A DNA stretch of 64,000 bases from Neoechinorhynchus agilis. Its lineage: Eukaryota > Animalia > Acanthocephala. The notes under the pieces were generated by a model. That model ran no database searches. It saw only the letters and a list, made by a program, of their open reading frames with translations, and was not told where the DNA came from. The stretch is taken from contig CM121341.1 of the NCBI GenBank assembly GCA_051530055.1, positions 18,020,784-18,084,783 on the forward strand, given 5' to 3'. Shown one piece after another: positions 13,235-25,830 of this stretch. The position numbers and the translations under genes are program-made. The stretch's first letter is position 1. Each line of letters opens with the position of its first letter.

Positions 13235-13625
13235 AACACAACTGAGCCTTTATGTATAATAAGATTGATCAATTCTGGAAGATGGGATAGTAAAAAAGTA
13301 GTTTCCAAATTTCAGTAACAAAATACGGATGTATATAATGAATGCGTAGACAGAGGGCGCAAAAAGAGAAAATGAAAACTGACAGACGAAAAGAGAAAAG
13401 AATAGTTTTTCAAAAAAGAAATATGTAGAGCTTTCAGAAACAATATTTAAATGTTAAACATTAGATACTTTGGTGTTTTAGCAATATAGCAAATAGAAAG
13501 GCAGAAAATCGATTTTTATAAAAGTTAGTGATCTATAAAGATTTGGGATCCCTAGCAACCCACCCGGATACTCTAAAGCTTTGTTGTTTCGAAATATAAT
13601 TCTTAGATTTTTATTGTAGCGTTAG

Positions 13626-15310
13626 TTACTTGTACGGTGCATCGGCTCTCAAGTTTTTCGCGATTGCCGCTTCCCATCGATCACCATTTGCCAAAAGTTT
13701 TTCCTTATTATAGATAAGCTCTTCCCGAGTTTCAGTAGAAAACTCGAAGTTTGGTCCCTCAACAATCGCATCGACTGGGCATGCTTCCTGACAAAATCCG
13801 CAATAAATACATTTAGTCATATCAATGTCATATCGAGTAGTTCGCCTACTTCCATCGCTCCGCATTTCCGCTTCGATTGTTATAGCTTGGGCTGGGCACA
13901 CTGCTTCGCATAGTTTGCAGGCTATACAACGTTCTTCACCCGACGGGTAGCGCCTAAGGGCATGTTCGCCGCGGAATCGCGGACTAAGGCGCGCGATATC
14001 GACCTTGAGAGAAAATCTATTAACTCTCTAATCTCTGAGAGCTATGATATCTAATCCATTTGGAAATTTAAAGACTTTACTGAAAACGAAGGAATACCAC
14101 AAAAATTTGCATTTATTAGTCGAGTTGTAAAAACCAGGGCGAATCTACCATAATACAATGGTGCAAAAGGAAAATACATAAAAATCTGTAAATCTAATTG
14201 AATTGTAACTTGTTTTTATATTTTCGAAAGGCTACGCGAGTTTACTGCGTCATTAAAAGATTTCATGCGCGAAATTGATAATAAAAATTAATTTTTTCTT
14301 TTTATTTCCGATATTTCACGTCGGATAATTTCGACATTATGAAAGTTTATCATTGTTTCGCAAGTTAGTTTGTCAGTGAATTTAAATCCGGGATGGCAAA
14401 ATTACCAAAATAAAGTATCTTTTTATCCCCGAAAACAATAATCTAATACAAAAAATTAACGTTTAAACTGCGGTTAAAATACAAAATTATAGATTCTTTA
14501 ATGGTCGGATGTTGTGGATCATTCTCGAGAAGATTACACGCCTGCTTTTACTAAGTCGAATTCGGCGGAGCCTCCAATCAAGGAAAGTTCAAAGTACTTA
14601 TTGTCTTTCAGAAAAATAATCGGGAAAATACTGGTTTGGGATTTTACCTGCCCCAACACGCTCGCAGCATCCCACCTACGGGATGCCACCTCAAAGGCGG
14701 GAGCAGTCGCCAACTTCAGCGAGGAAAAGAAGCGGCAGAAGTACTCCTCGCTCGATGGGCATCAATATATTTTCATCCCGATTGCGGTGGAAACACTGGG
14801 ATGTCTCGGCTGCAGCGAATCAGCGCGGCGATCCAACGCGGCAATGCCGCGGCCATCAAGGAAGCTGCCGAACAAACATAACATTTGAAGAGAATTTATA
14901 GTGTGCGTGCTCTTACCAATTATATTTTTGGGGGGGGAGGATGGGGCTAAAAACCCGTTTTCGAACATAGCCGTTGATCGATGTCACTGGCGATTAATCA
15001 CTCCCTTTTCAAACGGATAATTTATAGTGACCGGTTCAGTGAAGATGTAACCGAGAGTGAGCATTAGACCGCGAATAATATCGATCATCATAAGTTTGCC
15101 TGCTGCAATTATGGCCATATTTCGATAACTGTCATACCGTTCAATCGGAGGAGCTACTTCATAATACTCACCTTTCCCAATACGAGCTCTATACTCTTCA
15201 TGACGAGTTACTTGGACCGGTTGATTATTGGTCAGTACCGACGTTGATGAAGATAGACAAAATAGAACACGAGAAGTGGAACGAGGTATGCACTTCAACA
15301 TTGGAAACAT
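13626..15310 (-). CDS. NDUFS8: Complex I 2x[4Fe-4S] subunit NDUFS8/TYKY, two exons (15310-15002; 14003-13626)
   Basis: Ser/Arg-rich transit peptide, [50 protein letters not shown] and [23 protein letters not shown]. Confidence 0.97.
14300..14445. repeat. Family C hairpin-element remnant in the NDUFS8 intron
   Basis: TTTATTTCCGATATTTCACGTCGGATAATT and TCAGTGAATTTAAATCCGGGAT match 6868-6895 and 7023-7045. Confidence 0.55.
14630..14890 (+). mobile_element. CRE-like non-LTR retrotransposon 3' fragment in the NDUFS8 intron
   Basis: [14 protein letters not shown]...[19 protein letters not shown]...[10 protein letters not shown], then [17 protein letters not shown] in another frame. Confidence 0.8.
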
Positions 15311-15570
15311 TTTTGAACACCAGCAGGGATTTCTTGTCGCTTACGACATTACAGAAGTATTCTTCCCGGCTGGGATACGTCACTGGTTGAGCTCTTCTAA
15401 GGATTTTTGTGTTCGGAAGCCATTTGCAATCCTTGAAGTTATCGAAGTATTTATTTTCATTGGGAGTAGTCTTTTTACATATCCAATTGGAGATGTGCGC
15501 ATTATAATCCGGGAAGAAAATATTATATCGGTCATTGTAAATTAATCTAACGAAACTTCCTCGAAAAATC
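15225..15570 (-). other. Unannotated open frame of about 115 codons whose end overlaps the NDUFS8 start in a different frame
   Basis: Stop-free FRGSFVRLIYNDRYNIFFPDYNAHISNWICKK...[26 protein letters not shown]...GTDQ, with TAA at 15225-15227. The in-register antisense frame is also open (ORF 15228-15545). Confidence 0.35.
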
Positions 15571-15687
15571 CGGAATTATGATCACCAAATCTTCATCACC
15601 ATGAAGGATTTTTTCATGATGATTAATCAAAGTAATCTTATGTTTCAAATTCACATTTCTTTGCATTACCTTCAGAATCTCGGAGCA

Positions 15688-15790
15688 GAAATCATTCACA
15701 CCACCGTTCTGGATCACTCAGCTGCCGTCCTGGTGTGGCGGCCGAAAGGACGGATGCAGCGTTCCCTCATTGCACAGCCAGACTTTTGTC
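15688..15790 (-). mobile_element. Decayed CRE-like 3' end
   Basis: Minus frame SLAVQ*GNAASVLSAA resembles the SxAVQRGNAA motif of the other CRE-like fragments. Confidence 0.5.
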
Positions 15791-16472
15791 TTTTGCATCT
15801 ATTAGAAAAAATTAAATGTCCGTGAAAATGAACTGGACATCTGCATTTGTTTTCCGTGGAAAACATTGTAGATTCACGAGGTCTCGAACCTCTCATAATG
15901 GGTTCTTAAATTATATCGATCATTTGTGATTTTTTGATATCTACTAAATTAGACCGTATCTGGAAAAGCATTTGTTTCCCACTCATATTAACTCTTAGCT
16001 GTGTTTAGTTTTTGAAAAAAACGGGGATTGCGGTTGCCTGAATTCAATCTAATTATTCAGAGGGTTTCGATCAAATCAACATGGGACGAACACACCTAAA
16101 TTTTTCATAGTTCCAAGACTTTTTATTTAAGGATGCACTTTTCATTTCAATCGGGTTACAATCTTATTATTCTATCCGAAATAATGGTTCGAGTTTATGT
16201 GGTCTAAGATAACCATAATTGAAAGTCCCTATAACTCTTTGGATCACTTTTGTAAAACAAAAATTTTTATTGGTCTGTATATCATAAATAATTTTATAGT
16301 TAAATAAAACCATGTAGAACGATAAGGACAGAAGCCAGAATCCCGTCTCATTTACTTGATAATAAAGGGTATTATGGAGATTTCCAACAAAATTTAGCAT
16401 CTAATTTTGGCTGAACGCTCTAGTCGCTCCAAGCCTTTAATGTTTTCTAGTTAGAAATTTTAGAAAATTAAA

Positions 16473-17790
16473 ATGTCGCAACCTCGCGGACGTAAGAAGG
16501 AGCAATCAGCGATCGATGAAAAACTCGGAGGCGAATATATGACGATCGTAAAGTATTTAAGGCACGACGTTTGTTGCAAGAAGGCCCCGTTGAACAACAC
16601 TTATGTGGATTACCTAAAAGGTGAAAAAATCGTGGATGGACTTCTTGGATCCAAATGGGGTATTGATGTGAATTCTGTCGATCCTGTTTTTGTCTCGAGA
16701 AACGACTGCACTGCTTTTGAAGCAAGGATGGTCTTGGTTTTGAACAAAGCCAATTAATGCAAATACATTGAGGTTTTTATTTTAATATGCATCAGAAGCA
16801 CGATGTTTTGAAGCACATTTGAGAAGCTGAAATACTCAAATCTGGGAAAAAGCTTAATTTGAAATTTCTAGCATTCATTTTCGCTTAGGTCCTGATTGAT
16901 AGAATCATTAAACAAATGAAATTAAAAACAGGCTCTGCCCTTTTACGGGACCTCCGAACCTGCATTAGTGGTATTTTGTGATCCACTTTCGGCATTCCAC
17001 GTGCTTTTCTCTAGAAATGAATCTGTCAAATCTTGGACATTGTCGCCTGGTGGCATTTCTGAGCTCTTTTTGGTGGACCGTGAATGCACTTTTGTCGAGG
17101 ACTCTAGAGTTCTTTTAACATTAAATTTAATTTTTGTAACGATCAAAATATCATCACATGAGTACTCGTTAATTTGTATATATCACTCGTTCGTCTCTAC
17201 CGTCTCAATCTAAGCAAGATCGTCCGTGATGTATGAGAATGCTCATTGATCAGGACATGATGAAGCGAGCTGAAAAGATCTACAAGAAGCCAAAGAGTGA
17301 AACAGACGATAAGAAGCGATTCTGTCTCAAAATTTTGAATGAAGAGACGGACTTTGATGAAGATGGATTTTATGTATGGTTTTACGACCCACCAACCACG
17401 TCCCAATATTTGCTTGGAGTTGGAGTTGTTATGTTGGTTATTGCAGGATGTCTTTTTCCACTCTGGCCACGACGAGTTCGATCGATTGCATTTTACGGCT
17501 CAATGAGCCTGGCAGGGTTTTTTGGATTCATAATGGCACTTGCTGTTTTTAAGTATATATTATTCGTGTTTTTGTGGACTATTACATTTGGTGAGATACA
17601 TTTCTGGCTTTTTCCTAATCTTACTGAAGACGTTGGATTTTTCGAATCATTTGTGCCAGTTTATGTTTACACCAGATATTCGGAGGTCCGAAGGAAAAAG
17701 GAAGAAAGGAAGGAGAAAAAGAAAAAGGCGGATAGTACAGATGAATCCGATTCGATTGAACCAAATGAGCGCCATGATAAGAATGATTGA
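16473..17790 (+). CDS. SEC62: Translocon subunit Sec62, two main exons (about 16473-16726; 17238-17790)
   Basis: VKYLR...VDYLKGEKIVDGLLGSKW, FYVWFYDPP, VIAGCLFPLWP, FWLFPNLTEDVGFFESFVPVY, two TM helices and a basic tail. Confidence 0.93.
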
Positions 17791-19701
17791 TCTACGATTA
17801 AAAATTTAAGTTCATCATAATCACGAATGTGTTTTTTGAAATGCAAAATCATATCCCGGTTGAGCGTTGAACACGTACAAACATAAGACTTTACGCGAAA
17901 ACAAGTGAATACATAGCTTATGTAGGTGCATGGCTTAAACGTTATCTACAGTGTGTGACAATAGTCAGCGTATCGAATTTGTTTTACACGCTCAAAACGA
18001 ATGTTAGTAATTGCTTGCATGTTCGAACTATGGGATTTAAGACTACTCATTTCTCTATGTTGGTTGATAATAGATGATTACACCTACGTCTCCTCACTCA
18101 TTGTCTTTTCGTCACCCAAAAGCTAGGACGTGTCTCTAGCTCGAGAAAGTATCCGTTTTTGTGATTACACCGGTAAGATCGTGCCGAATGCCTGATACAA
18201 TCAAGAACCTAACACTCAATACTATTTCATCGTGGAAAGTGGCTGCATTCATTGCCTCTGTTCCCCAATGAACAAAGGGAAAGTTTACACTTTTCAAATT
18301 TTGCAAATCACATTTTAACTTTCCTTGACCGGGTCGTTTATGCCACATTCATCTGCTCGCACTCAAAATAAGGATTAAGAACAATGTACCATCAAGCCGT
18401 TTTATGTTGCTGCTTTTTTATCCCGATGCCACAATGGAAGGAAGTGTAGTACACAATATCAATTTCAATTAGCTCAGATGGCGGATGATCTTCTTAATCG
18501 TTGTCCCGGAATATTTGAACACTTTAGTACTGAATTGAATTTCATGTAGCCTCGTATTAAAATTTTATTCGAGTTTCGAATAAAATTCCCCCGACGACAA
18601 TTCTCTATGATATTACAATTTTATGTTTGTTTATGGCGGAAAAATTGAAGACGTTTTATTAAATTCGATATTTCTGCACATGTTACGAAAAATAGTTTCC
18701 TAGTTAGCAATTCTAAGTAGACTTATTCTCAAAAAAGAAGGGAATTTAAACATTATACTGGATAGTAAGTTTTGCAATTTAAAAGTGAAACGCTCATCGA
18801 TTCCAGCATATAAGATGATTTAATAGCCCATATCGAAAAGTTCATAAGTGGTCGCAATCGTACGTGGTTTTATTTAAGTATCGCATAATCCTGGTTTGAA
18901 TAATTCTACTAGAGAAAATAATAACTAATCGTGCGGCCATCCCCTATTGCTTATTTTTGCGTTTTTTTGTTCGTTTGTGTGCGTGCGTATCGATTTTGTT
19001 ATGGAAAGATCACAACAAGACAAAAAGTCTTATTCTTGTGCTCATCGCGGATTCCTTATTTCAGACATACCACGATGGCACCGCCAAATGTACCGATTTT
19101 CACATGTTTAATTAGACAATCGGATCCAGTGAGGTTAGTCTATGTGTCCTGTGTGCGTGATGTACAGTTCTGTTGGTCTGTAGAGCATTCTACCACTGCC
19201 ACTAGCGGTGGTGGACATGTCATCTCAGACTTGATGATGGAACTGAAAACGCATTAATGCCAAGCAGACAAACGCGTTTGCCCACCACTACGTTTGTGGT
19301 TGCAGTGCGTAACTTAATTCTATCAATTGCTTCCTATTCCACCACCACTGCATCCTTTCTCCTCGTACGCCGACGAAACTGCCACAATTCCCCTGGTGTT
19401 TATCACGGCTGCGGTTCTCATAGTTCAGGCTCTCACAGCCTTGGTGCAGTAGACATAAAGAAAACAAAAAGATCATGTGTGTGTATGACATTAGATTAAT
19501 AGGTGCCAACATCTAAAACGGTGGATTTCTAGCACTAATGCTGTTCATTCTTAGCTCTTTTCCTTCTCTCGCTCGCTCCATGTATACCACCACCACTGCG
19601 GTTGCTAAACAAATCGAAACATACATACTCATTTTCGACGTTCACAAATCGCAACAACCATTACATCCGCTGCCATCCACACCTATCGAACGTGATGATC
19701 A

Positions 19702-21622
19702 ATGGAGCCGAGTATGAAGTCTAAGAGGTTGGCGAGGCTCTTTTCTCCATTTGCCAGTGGCGCACATACACCCTCTGCTACGCCTACGCTATCCACGAAA
19801 CAAAATACCACCGTTCCCCAACCCGAAACGCAAAGTAATCGATCCATCTTGTCCAGGTCGTCGAAGCACAGTCAGGAGGACATGGACACTCACAGCCATA
19901 CCTCGTCGTTAAGGCGATCATTACCGTTGATCAGAGACAGACGTCAACCGAGCCTCGGCAGCCATCACAACCGGTGGACTGATCTAGCCACCAAGTGTAT
20001 CTCCGGAGCAGGCGCTGATGGAAACGGAGAATTCGTGACGGCTAATCAAGAACGATTGTTCAATGACCGCTCGTTCTATGACCCGAAACAATACGATGTT
20101 GCCTTGAAGAGGTGCGATGATGGACTTGAACTAACAAATGCACTTCTTAAGATGATCTCGGAACGGGCTGACATCGAACAGCGGCATTCCGAAGCACTTC
20201 AATCCTGGAGTTGGAAGTGGAGGAACTACCTTGATAAGTCGTGTGAATACGGAACCACAAAGGCGACCTGGTATTCGTTGGCCTGCGGAGCCGAACAAGA
20301 CGTCGAAATTCACAAGAACATTCGGTATCGCCTACATAACGATCTAATTGCAAAAATCGATCAGTACAAAAAAGAAAAATACCCGAAAAATCTCCATAGG
20401 ATTAAGAAAACAAAAGACCTTGAACGAGAGTTCGAATCTGCTCAAAAACCGTGGCTTAAACAACTTCACAAAGTAGAGTGCGCAAAGCGCGAGTATTTTA
20501 TAACTGCAAAGCGTACAAAACAAGCGGAGGTGGTTGAACGGACCGTTCATTCTGATGTTGGAAGCACTGAGGATCAAAAGAAGCGGATAAGCGAAAAGGT
20601 GGACATACTTCGAAAGGAGTTATCGTTCGCTCATGAGCGCTATCGTCAAAGTGTCAATGAAGCTAGTCAACTCAGAGAACGCTACGTTCAAAATATTGAT
20701 GATGTATTTATGAAATGTCAACAGTTCGAAAAAACAAGGCTGGATTTCTTTAAAGAAATGTTCCAAGTTTATACTAACGCATTAATGGGCTCTCCAAACG
20801 AAGACTACAAAAAGTCTGCGAAATTGGGGTCGGAAGCCGTTAAGCTCCATAATACAGGGAAAGATTTGGAATGGTGGGCAGCCACTTATGCTACTGGAAC
20901 GTTGCAGATGGCAAAATGGCCCGTGTTTGAAGAGTACAATGAAAGGTAAGAGATGTGTTAGTAGATTTGACCAAGCATAGTGTTGGTTATTTTTAAAAAA
21001 AATAACTTGCGAGTGTCGACTGTCGACTTTTTTTTCAAAAAATTATATTTTTTATTTTGAATTAACTTTCTTGTCGTTTAGCTCGGCTCCTACGTTCCGG
21101 CGCATGCAACATTGTGCTTCCGTTAATCCGCAGCCGCCGCATGTTCGCCTCGATAGTTTGCATGACAATAATTCGTCCAATATCTCCGCTGTTCGCACTT
21201 CATCTCGAATGGGAAAGCTAGATGCAGATCGAAACTTCGCACTTCTAAGTTCGTTTTGCAAATCGACCGCAAACGCTTCTTGTGCGGTCTCCAATTACCA
21301 TGTCCATGGTTGGCACTATTCACATCGTGAAGATGTCGCAAGTTGGGGTTCCGACGCCGTAGATGGCTTAGTTGATGACGCAAATTTGCTTCCAATTTCA
21401 ATTCGGGCCTATAGTCGGTCGCCAAATTCTAGTAGAAGATCGCGGGAAAATGAGAAGGCCGATCAAGATGAACCAAAAAAAGACTATTTGGCAACGACGG
21501 CTCAACATAAGTCAGGCGGCGACTTGGCTCACATAATGTCTGGAAACGGGAAAAAGGAGAGTGACACAATTCCTGAACTGAAGACATCAAAACGAAGAAG
21601 TAGAAAGAAGAAGAGCCACTAA
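19702..21622 (+). CDS. PACSIN/syndapin-like F-BAR protein with low-complexity tails and no SH3 domain (exons 19702-20945; 21082-21622)
   Basis: SFYDPKQY...KRCDDG...ERADIE...W...W...EYGT...FESAQKPWLK...CQQFEKTRLDFFKE...DLEWW...WPVFEEY follows the PACSIN F-BAR. A GTAAGA...TTTAG intron joins it in frame to ORF 21071-21622. Confidence 0.85.
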
Positions 21623-24328
21623 GAACGGACAAGGGGCCAGTAGATATACCTCGTGCTTGCACCCATCGGAAAACGTATACGTTATTTCCGATACCACGGC
21701 TTTACCCCTGCCAGCCCCCAATAAAGCATGCACCGTAGTTAGATTTTTTATTTACAATTAAAACAGCTGACGTAATCTCAATTTTGTGTAAAGCACAGGT
21801 TTAGCGGATTCGTGACAAAAAACAAAGCACAAAAAGTCCATCGAGAAGCGCGACAATTTTTTGTGGGTGTCGTTGACGCAACATTGTCAACTGGGTGTGT
21901 CCTTGAACGAAAAAAGTCTACGAAGTTTTAAGGTAAAACCATCGTGACAAAAAAACGAGGATACGAACAAACTCGACAACTGTCCGTGGACTTGGAGCGA
22001 GGCGAAAGTTCCGTGATGTTTCTTGTTTGAAATTACTGCAGCTAGATCGGTAAAGTATTTCATTTACTAACTGTTTCTATTAATTAATCCACTCGCATTC
22101 AGCATTTTCTTGAGAGGGCCAACAGAAACTTTGCTTATAGTAAACGAACCCTTTAAAATTTCCACAATTCTCGTAGTTGAAGCGGCAAGAGCTACAGTGA
22201 TTTGCGAAAACTCCGGTACTAAAGGGAAGGTTAAAAATTGAGCCAATTGCGTTTAGCAACATTGCCTAAAGTATCTTTTAAAACTATACTACTTTTCTCA
22301 TGTTTGATGAACTCCTTTTCGCTTTGGCTGTAATGTTTATCGGGAACCGAGATCGAAAAAATGATCGATGCGAGATAAAAAATCAGACCAGTGTTGGCGC
22401 AAAAATCTTTTTATTTATCGCTAAAGAGTCCTTTTCTCAGTCACATGGAAGGAATCCGGCTCACTTCGCTTAAGACTATTCGTTGATACATAGCGAAGTT
22501 TCGTAAATGTTAAAGCGATTAAAGTCTCTAAATTGAGGTTGGAATTTTACAACTCCCTGCTAAAGGTCGCATGTGAAACATTTTCATTTTGCAATGACCG
22601 ATTAAGAATAATCATGCAGCACTATCGTTTTTGATCGATCATATTCGCTTCAATTCAATTTCTCAAAGCAATATTTTTTCTCAGCATTATTTTTGTATAA
22701 ACAGATTGCTAAGGGGGAAAACAAGAAACCCTTTCTGACTTTTCTGATATATTCCCAATCGTTAAGGAAGAACCGATAATCATTCCATTGGTCACTAGTA
22801 CGTCATCAAGGACCACTGTATGGCTTACAATCGATATAGCACATTTAAGCGATGCGGGCTGCGATGCGCTTGTCTATGTGCGTAGCTTTATGGGCGAATT
22901 AGCGGATGCATGCGAGTGTAGATAAACGAAACTCATCGCTTAGTACATAGTGAAATCTAAAGGATGGATCATAGCCTGGCACCGCACTTAAGAAACCTTC
23001 GGTCCTTGGATTTTACTCATTTAACCGTAAGATGTAGGCGTCGAGTGTCTTTAACAGATACCACTCTTAAATCTCCAGGTTAGTACTTGCCCGCTACGGT
23101 GGAATTCTAAATAGAACAAAGTACGTAGCTGCATTTGACGTTTGCATAACCGTCCATTATGGTTTAAGTAGCTCGTGAAATGGGCTGCGGCATCGCTGAT
23201 CGGCCAATGATTATTAGGATGTCCTTTTGGTTTAAAAATTTTATTGGTTAGGCGACACTTGGAGTCTTTGCAAAGCAGCGATGCGTTTAAGTTGAATAAT
23301 TTAAATTCGATGGTTCTAAAAAATCAGCGTTTATCCTCTCAAATTTCTGCAACGTTTTGATACCTTTGAGTGAAAAAACTTAATCTTTTTCTGAGTAAAT
23401 TCACTACAAAAAACACTAAATCAAGTTTTTAGCGAAGAAAAATCACCGTAGCCGCCGGGAAATTTGATATAATCTTCATTCAAAGGAACAGGTACTTTAT
23501 GGTCTCTGGACATGCGTATTTTTCAGTCTACTACTAAACCATTCTTTTTGTACCATTTTTCAAAAATTCGTCGAAATCGTCGAGAAAATAATAGTTCGGG
23601 ATAATAGAGTTGGAACTGTGGTGATCGTAGTCCCAACCGACGAGGCAAGGCTTCCTCGCGAAATATTTCAATAAAATATGTTTTATCCGCGATTATGATA
23701 ATCACAACTTCAAATGTATGAGTACTCTTTTGGTTGTTGGCGCATATTCACAATCGCTTTGAAACCTACTATAAATAGCAATTATCCTCAAAGAAAATCT
23801 TGGACCATCGAAATTTGAAACTGGAACTTCATTTAGCGCGCTCATATTTTGTCCCTTGCATTATGAGCGACTGAAAAGATTTTCCAAACTTTAATAACTT
23901 AACTCCATAATTATGATCACAGTATTCAGCCCTATAGATACTCGGTTGACCTTTACTAGATGCTATAACAAACGTTCGAACTCTGATACTTCAGAATCAA
24001 ATGCTGAGCGCTCTAATTGGATATTTCTTAGATACTAATTGGTGGAATGGGCAAATATTATTGTAAGTGAACTAATAATATGGCACCCGAGAACCGAAGA
24101 TGACGATTGAGAAAAGATATACTTTTTAGATGTGGCGTTTAATACCATTGAGGTCTCCATTGTTACTATGTACCACATGATCCCGTTGTTAGCATCTTAA
24201 AGTCGTTTTCCTGTTACACATCACTATCCATGAAGTGAAGAATCATTATAATTCCCTATGTAATTAATTACTATTATTGCATTTTATCGATCGAATTTTG
24301 CATTCTTCGCTTTACATTTTTTCAGAAG

Positions 24329-25420
24329 ATGCCACTTTTTCGAAGATCGAAGCGTTCTTCATTGACTCCAACAGCCGATGACCGAAGTGCCTCTACCTCA
24401 AGAGCTGAAGAGGACAAAACCCGAATAACCATGAACGATATTTTATCGTTACCCTTCAAATGTGTTTCATTACGGATCGACGAATTTGACTCGACGGACG
24501 TAGGCAGTTCGATTGCCGACCATAGGGTCTTTTATGAAATACGAGGATACGAAAACGTCCTAAGACGAATGGAGCGATCCGCTCAGTTATTCAAGCTGCT
24601 TGAGAACATGTTTGAAGATCGCCGAAGGCTTGAGGAAAGGCATGCTAATGATCTGATTGCATTTGCAACGAGATGGCATCGTGCGTTAGACGCAAGTAGT
24701 GAGTACGGCACGAATAAGCGAGCATGGCGAGTTGCTGTTGATTGTGCACAAGTGGATGCAACAATTCTCCAAACTGGAGCTGGCAGGCTAAGAGCACTTG
24801 TAAAGCGAGTGAATGAATCTAGGAAACAATACGCTGCACGACCAGTTGGCGATTCCTCTTCAAGACGAAAATGTGAAATGCACGGTGAGTATAAGAAGCG
24901 TTTTGAAGCCACGCAAAGACAGTGGGCAAAGTTTCTGATGCGGGCGGATGAAGGGCGAAATGAGTATGAGCGATATGTGGGCATGTACAGGCACGCAAAA
25001 CGGATATCAGAAGCGACGGAATCTGATTTCGGCGCCAGTGAAATTCAGAAAACCTCCTCGTCACAAGCTACCGCGACTAACAAAAAGCAAATGGAGTTTT
25101 CAAAAGAACGGTACATTCGATGTATCCAGGAGATGGAGAAGTCAAAGATTGTGTATGTTCATGAGATGGATCATTTGTTCAAAGAGTGCCAGCAAATTGA
25201 AGGAGAACGTATGGACTTTTTTAAAGACATGTACAAAAAGTTTTCGGACTTGAGGCAATCGACGTTGTCGGATGCTGCCAAGTGTATAAACAAGAAGTTG
25301 GATTTAGCGATTGCAGAACAAAACACTAAAGCTGATCTGGAATGGTACTCCGATAATTTTGGTCCTGGAACTGTTGCTAATTACGTTTGGCCGAAATTCG
25401 ACGTCGTTGATCATAGCTAG
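24329..25420 (+). CDS. Second, intronless PACSIN-like F-BAR-only protein
   Basis: FYEIRGYENVLRR...DRRRLEERHA...SEYGTNKRAW...FEATQRQWAK...FKECQQIEGERMDFFKD...DLEWYSDNFGPG...WPKF, with the stop 6 codons later. Confidence 0.85.
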   Translation: MPLFRRSKRSSLTPTADDRSASTSRAEEDKTRITMNDILSLPFKCVSLRIDEFDSTDVGSSIADHRVFYEIRGYENVLRRMERSAQLFKLLENMFEDRRRLEERHANDLIAFATRWHRALDASSEYGTNKRAWRVAVDCAQVDATILQTGAGRLRALVKRVNESRKQYAARPVGDSSSRRKCEMHGEYKKRFEATQRQWAKFLMRADEGRNEYERYVGMYRHAKRISEATESDFGASEIQKTSSSQATATNKKQMEFSKERYIRCIQEMEKSKIVYVHEMDHLFKECQQIEGERMDFFKDMYKKFSDLRQSTLSDAAKCINKKLDLAIAEQNTKADLEWYSDNFGPGTVANYVWPKFDVVDHS

Positions 25421-25770
25421 GAATCGATGCTCAATGCGGACATTAAGCGTGCCAGTGATATGCCGCGCTGACGACGTGCTTGTAGAGGGAACTAGTAAAT
25501 GAATCTATGTCCAGGATGATAGTTATGATGGTATTTTCAATCGCAGCTTGAATCCACGGTACAAAGCAATATATTTGTCAAATCCAAATGCGATTCAAAA
25601 TCGGCAAGCACGTGTGTTTGAAAACATTGTTTCGTAAATAGTTATCATTGTTGAGGTTTCTAATTTTTTAGAAATATGCCCAATCTGGTATTGTTGTTAC
25701 CATTCATTTTTCGGTCTAGATAAAATTTCCTGCTCTAATTATATATTAGGCCATTTTCAAAATTAAATTA

Positions 25771-25830
25771 TCGATATGTGAAGTACCGGGGTATATGATT
25801 AGATTTATTGTTTAGGTCTTCACCCGGTAA
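25771..25830 (-). mobile_element. Short family A PLE terminal fragment
   Basis: TCGATATGTGAAGTACCGGGG...TTGTTTAGGTCTTCACCCGGTAA matches 5523-5583 and 58170-58229. Confidence 0.6.

Noticed and set aside
12850-25064. Longer antisense ORFs (12850-13230, 15228-15545, 21123-21425, 24583-24984, 24819-25064)
   Set aside because: They are shadows of real coding sequence on the opposite strand and have no independent motifs.
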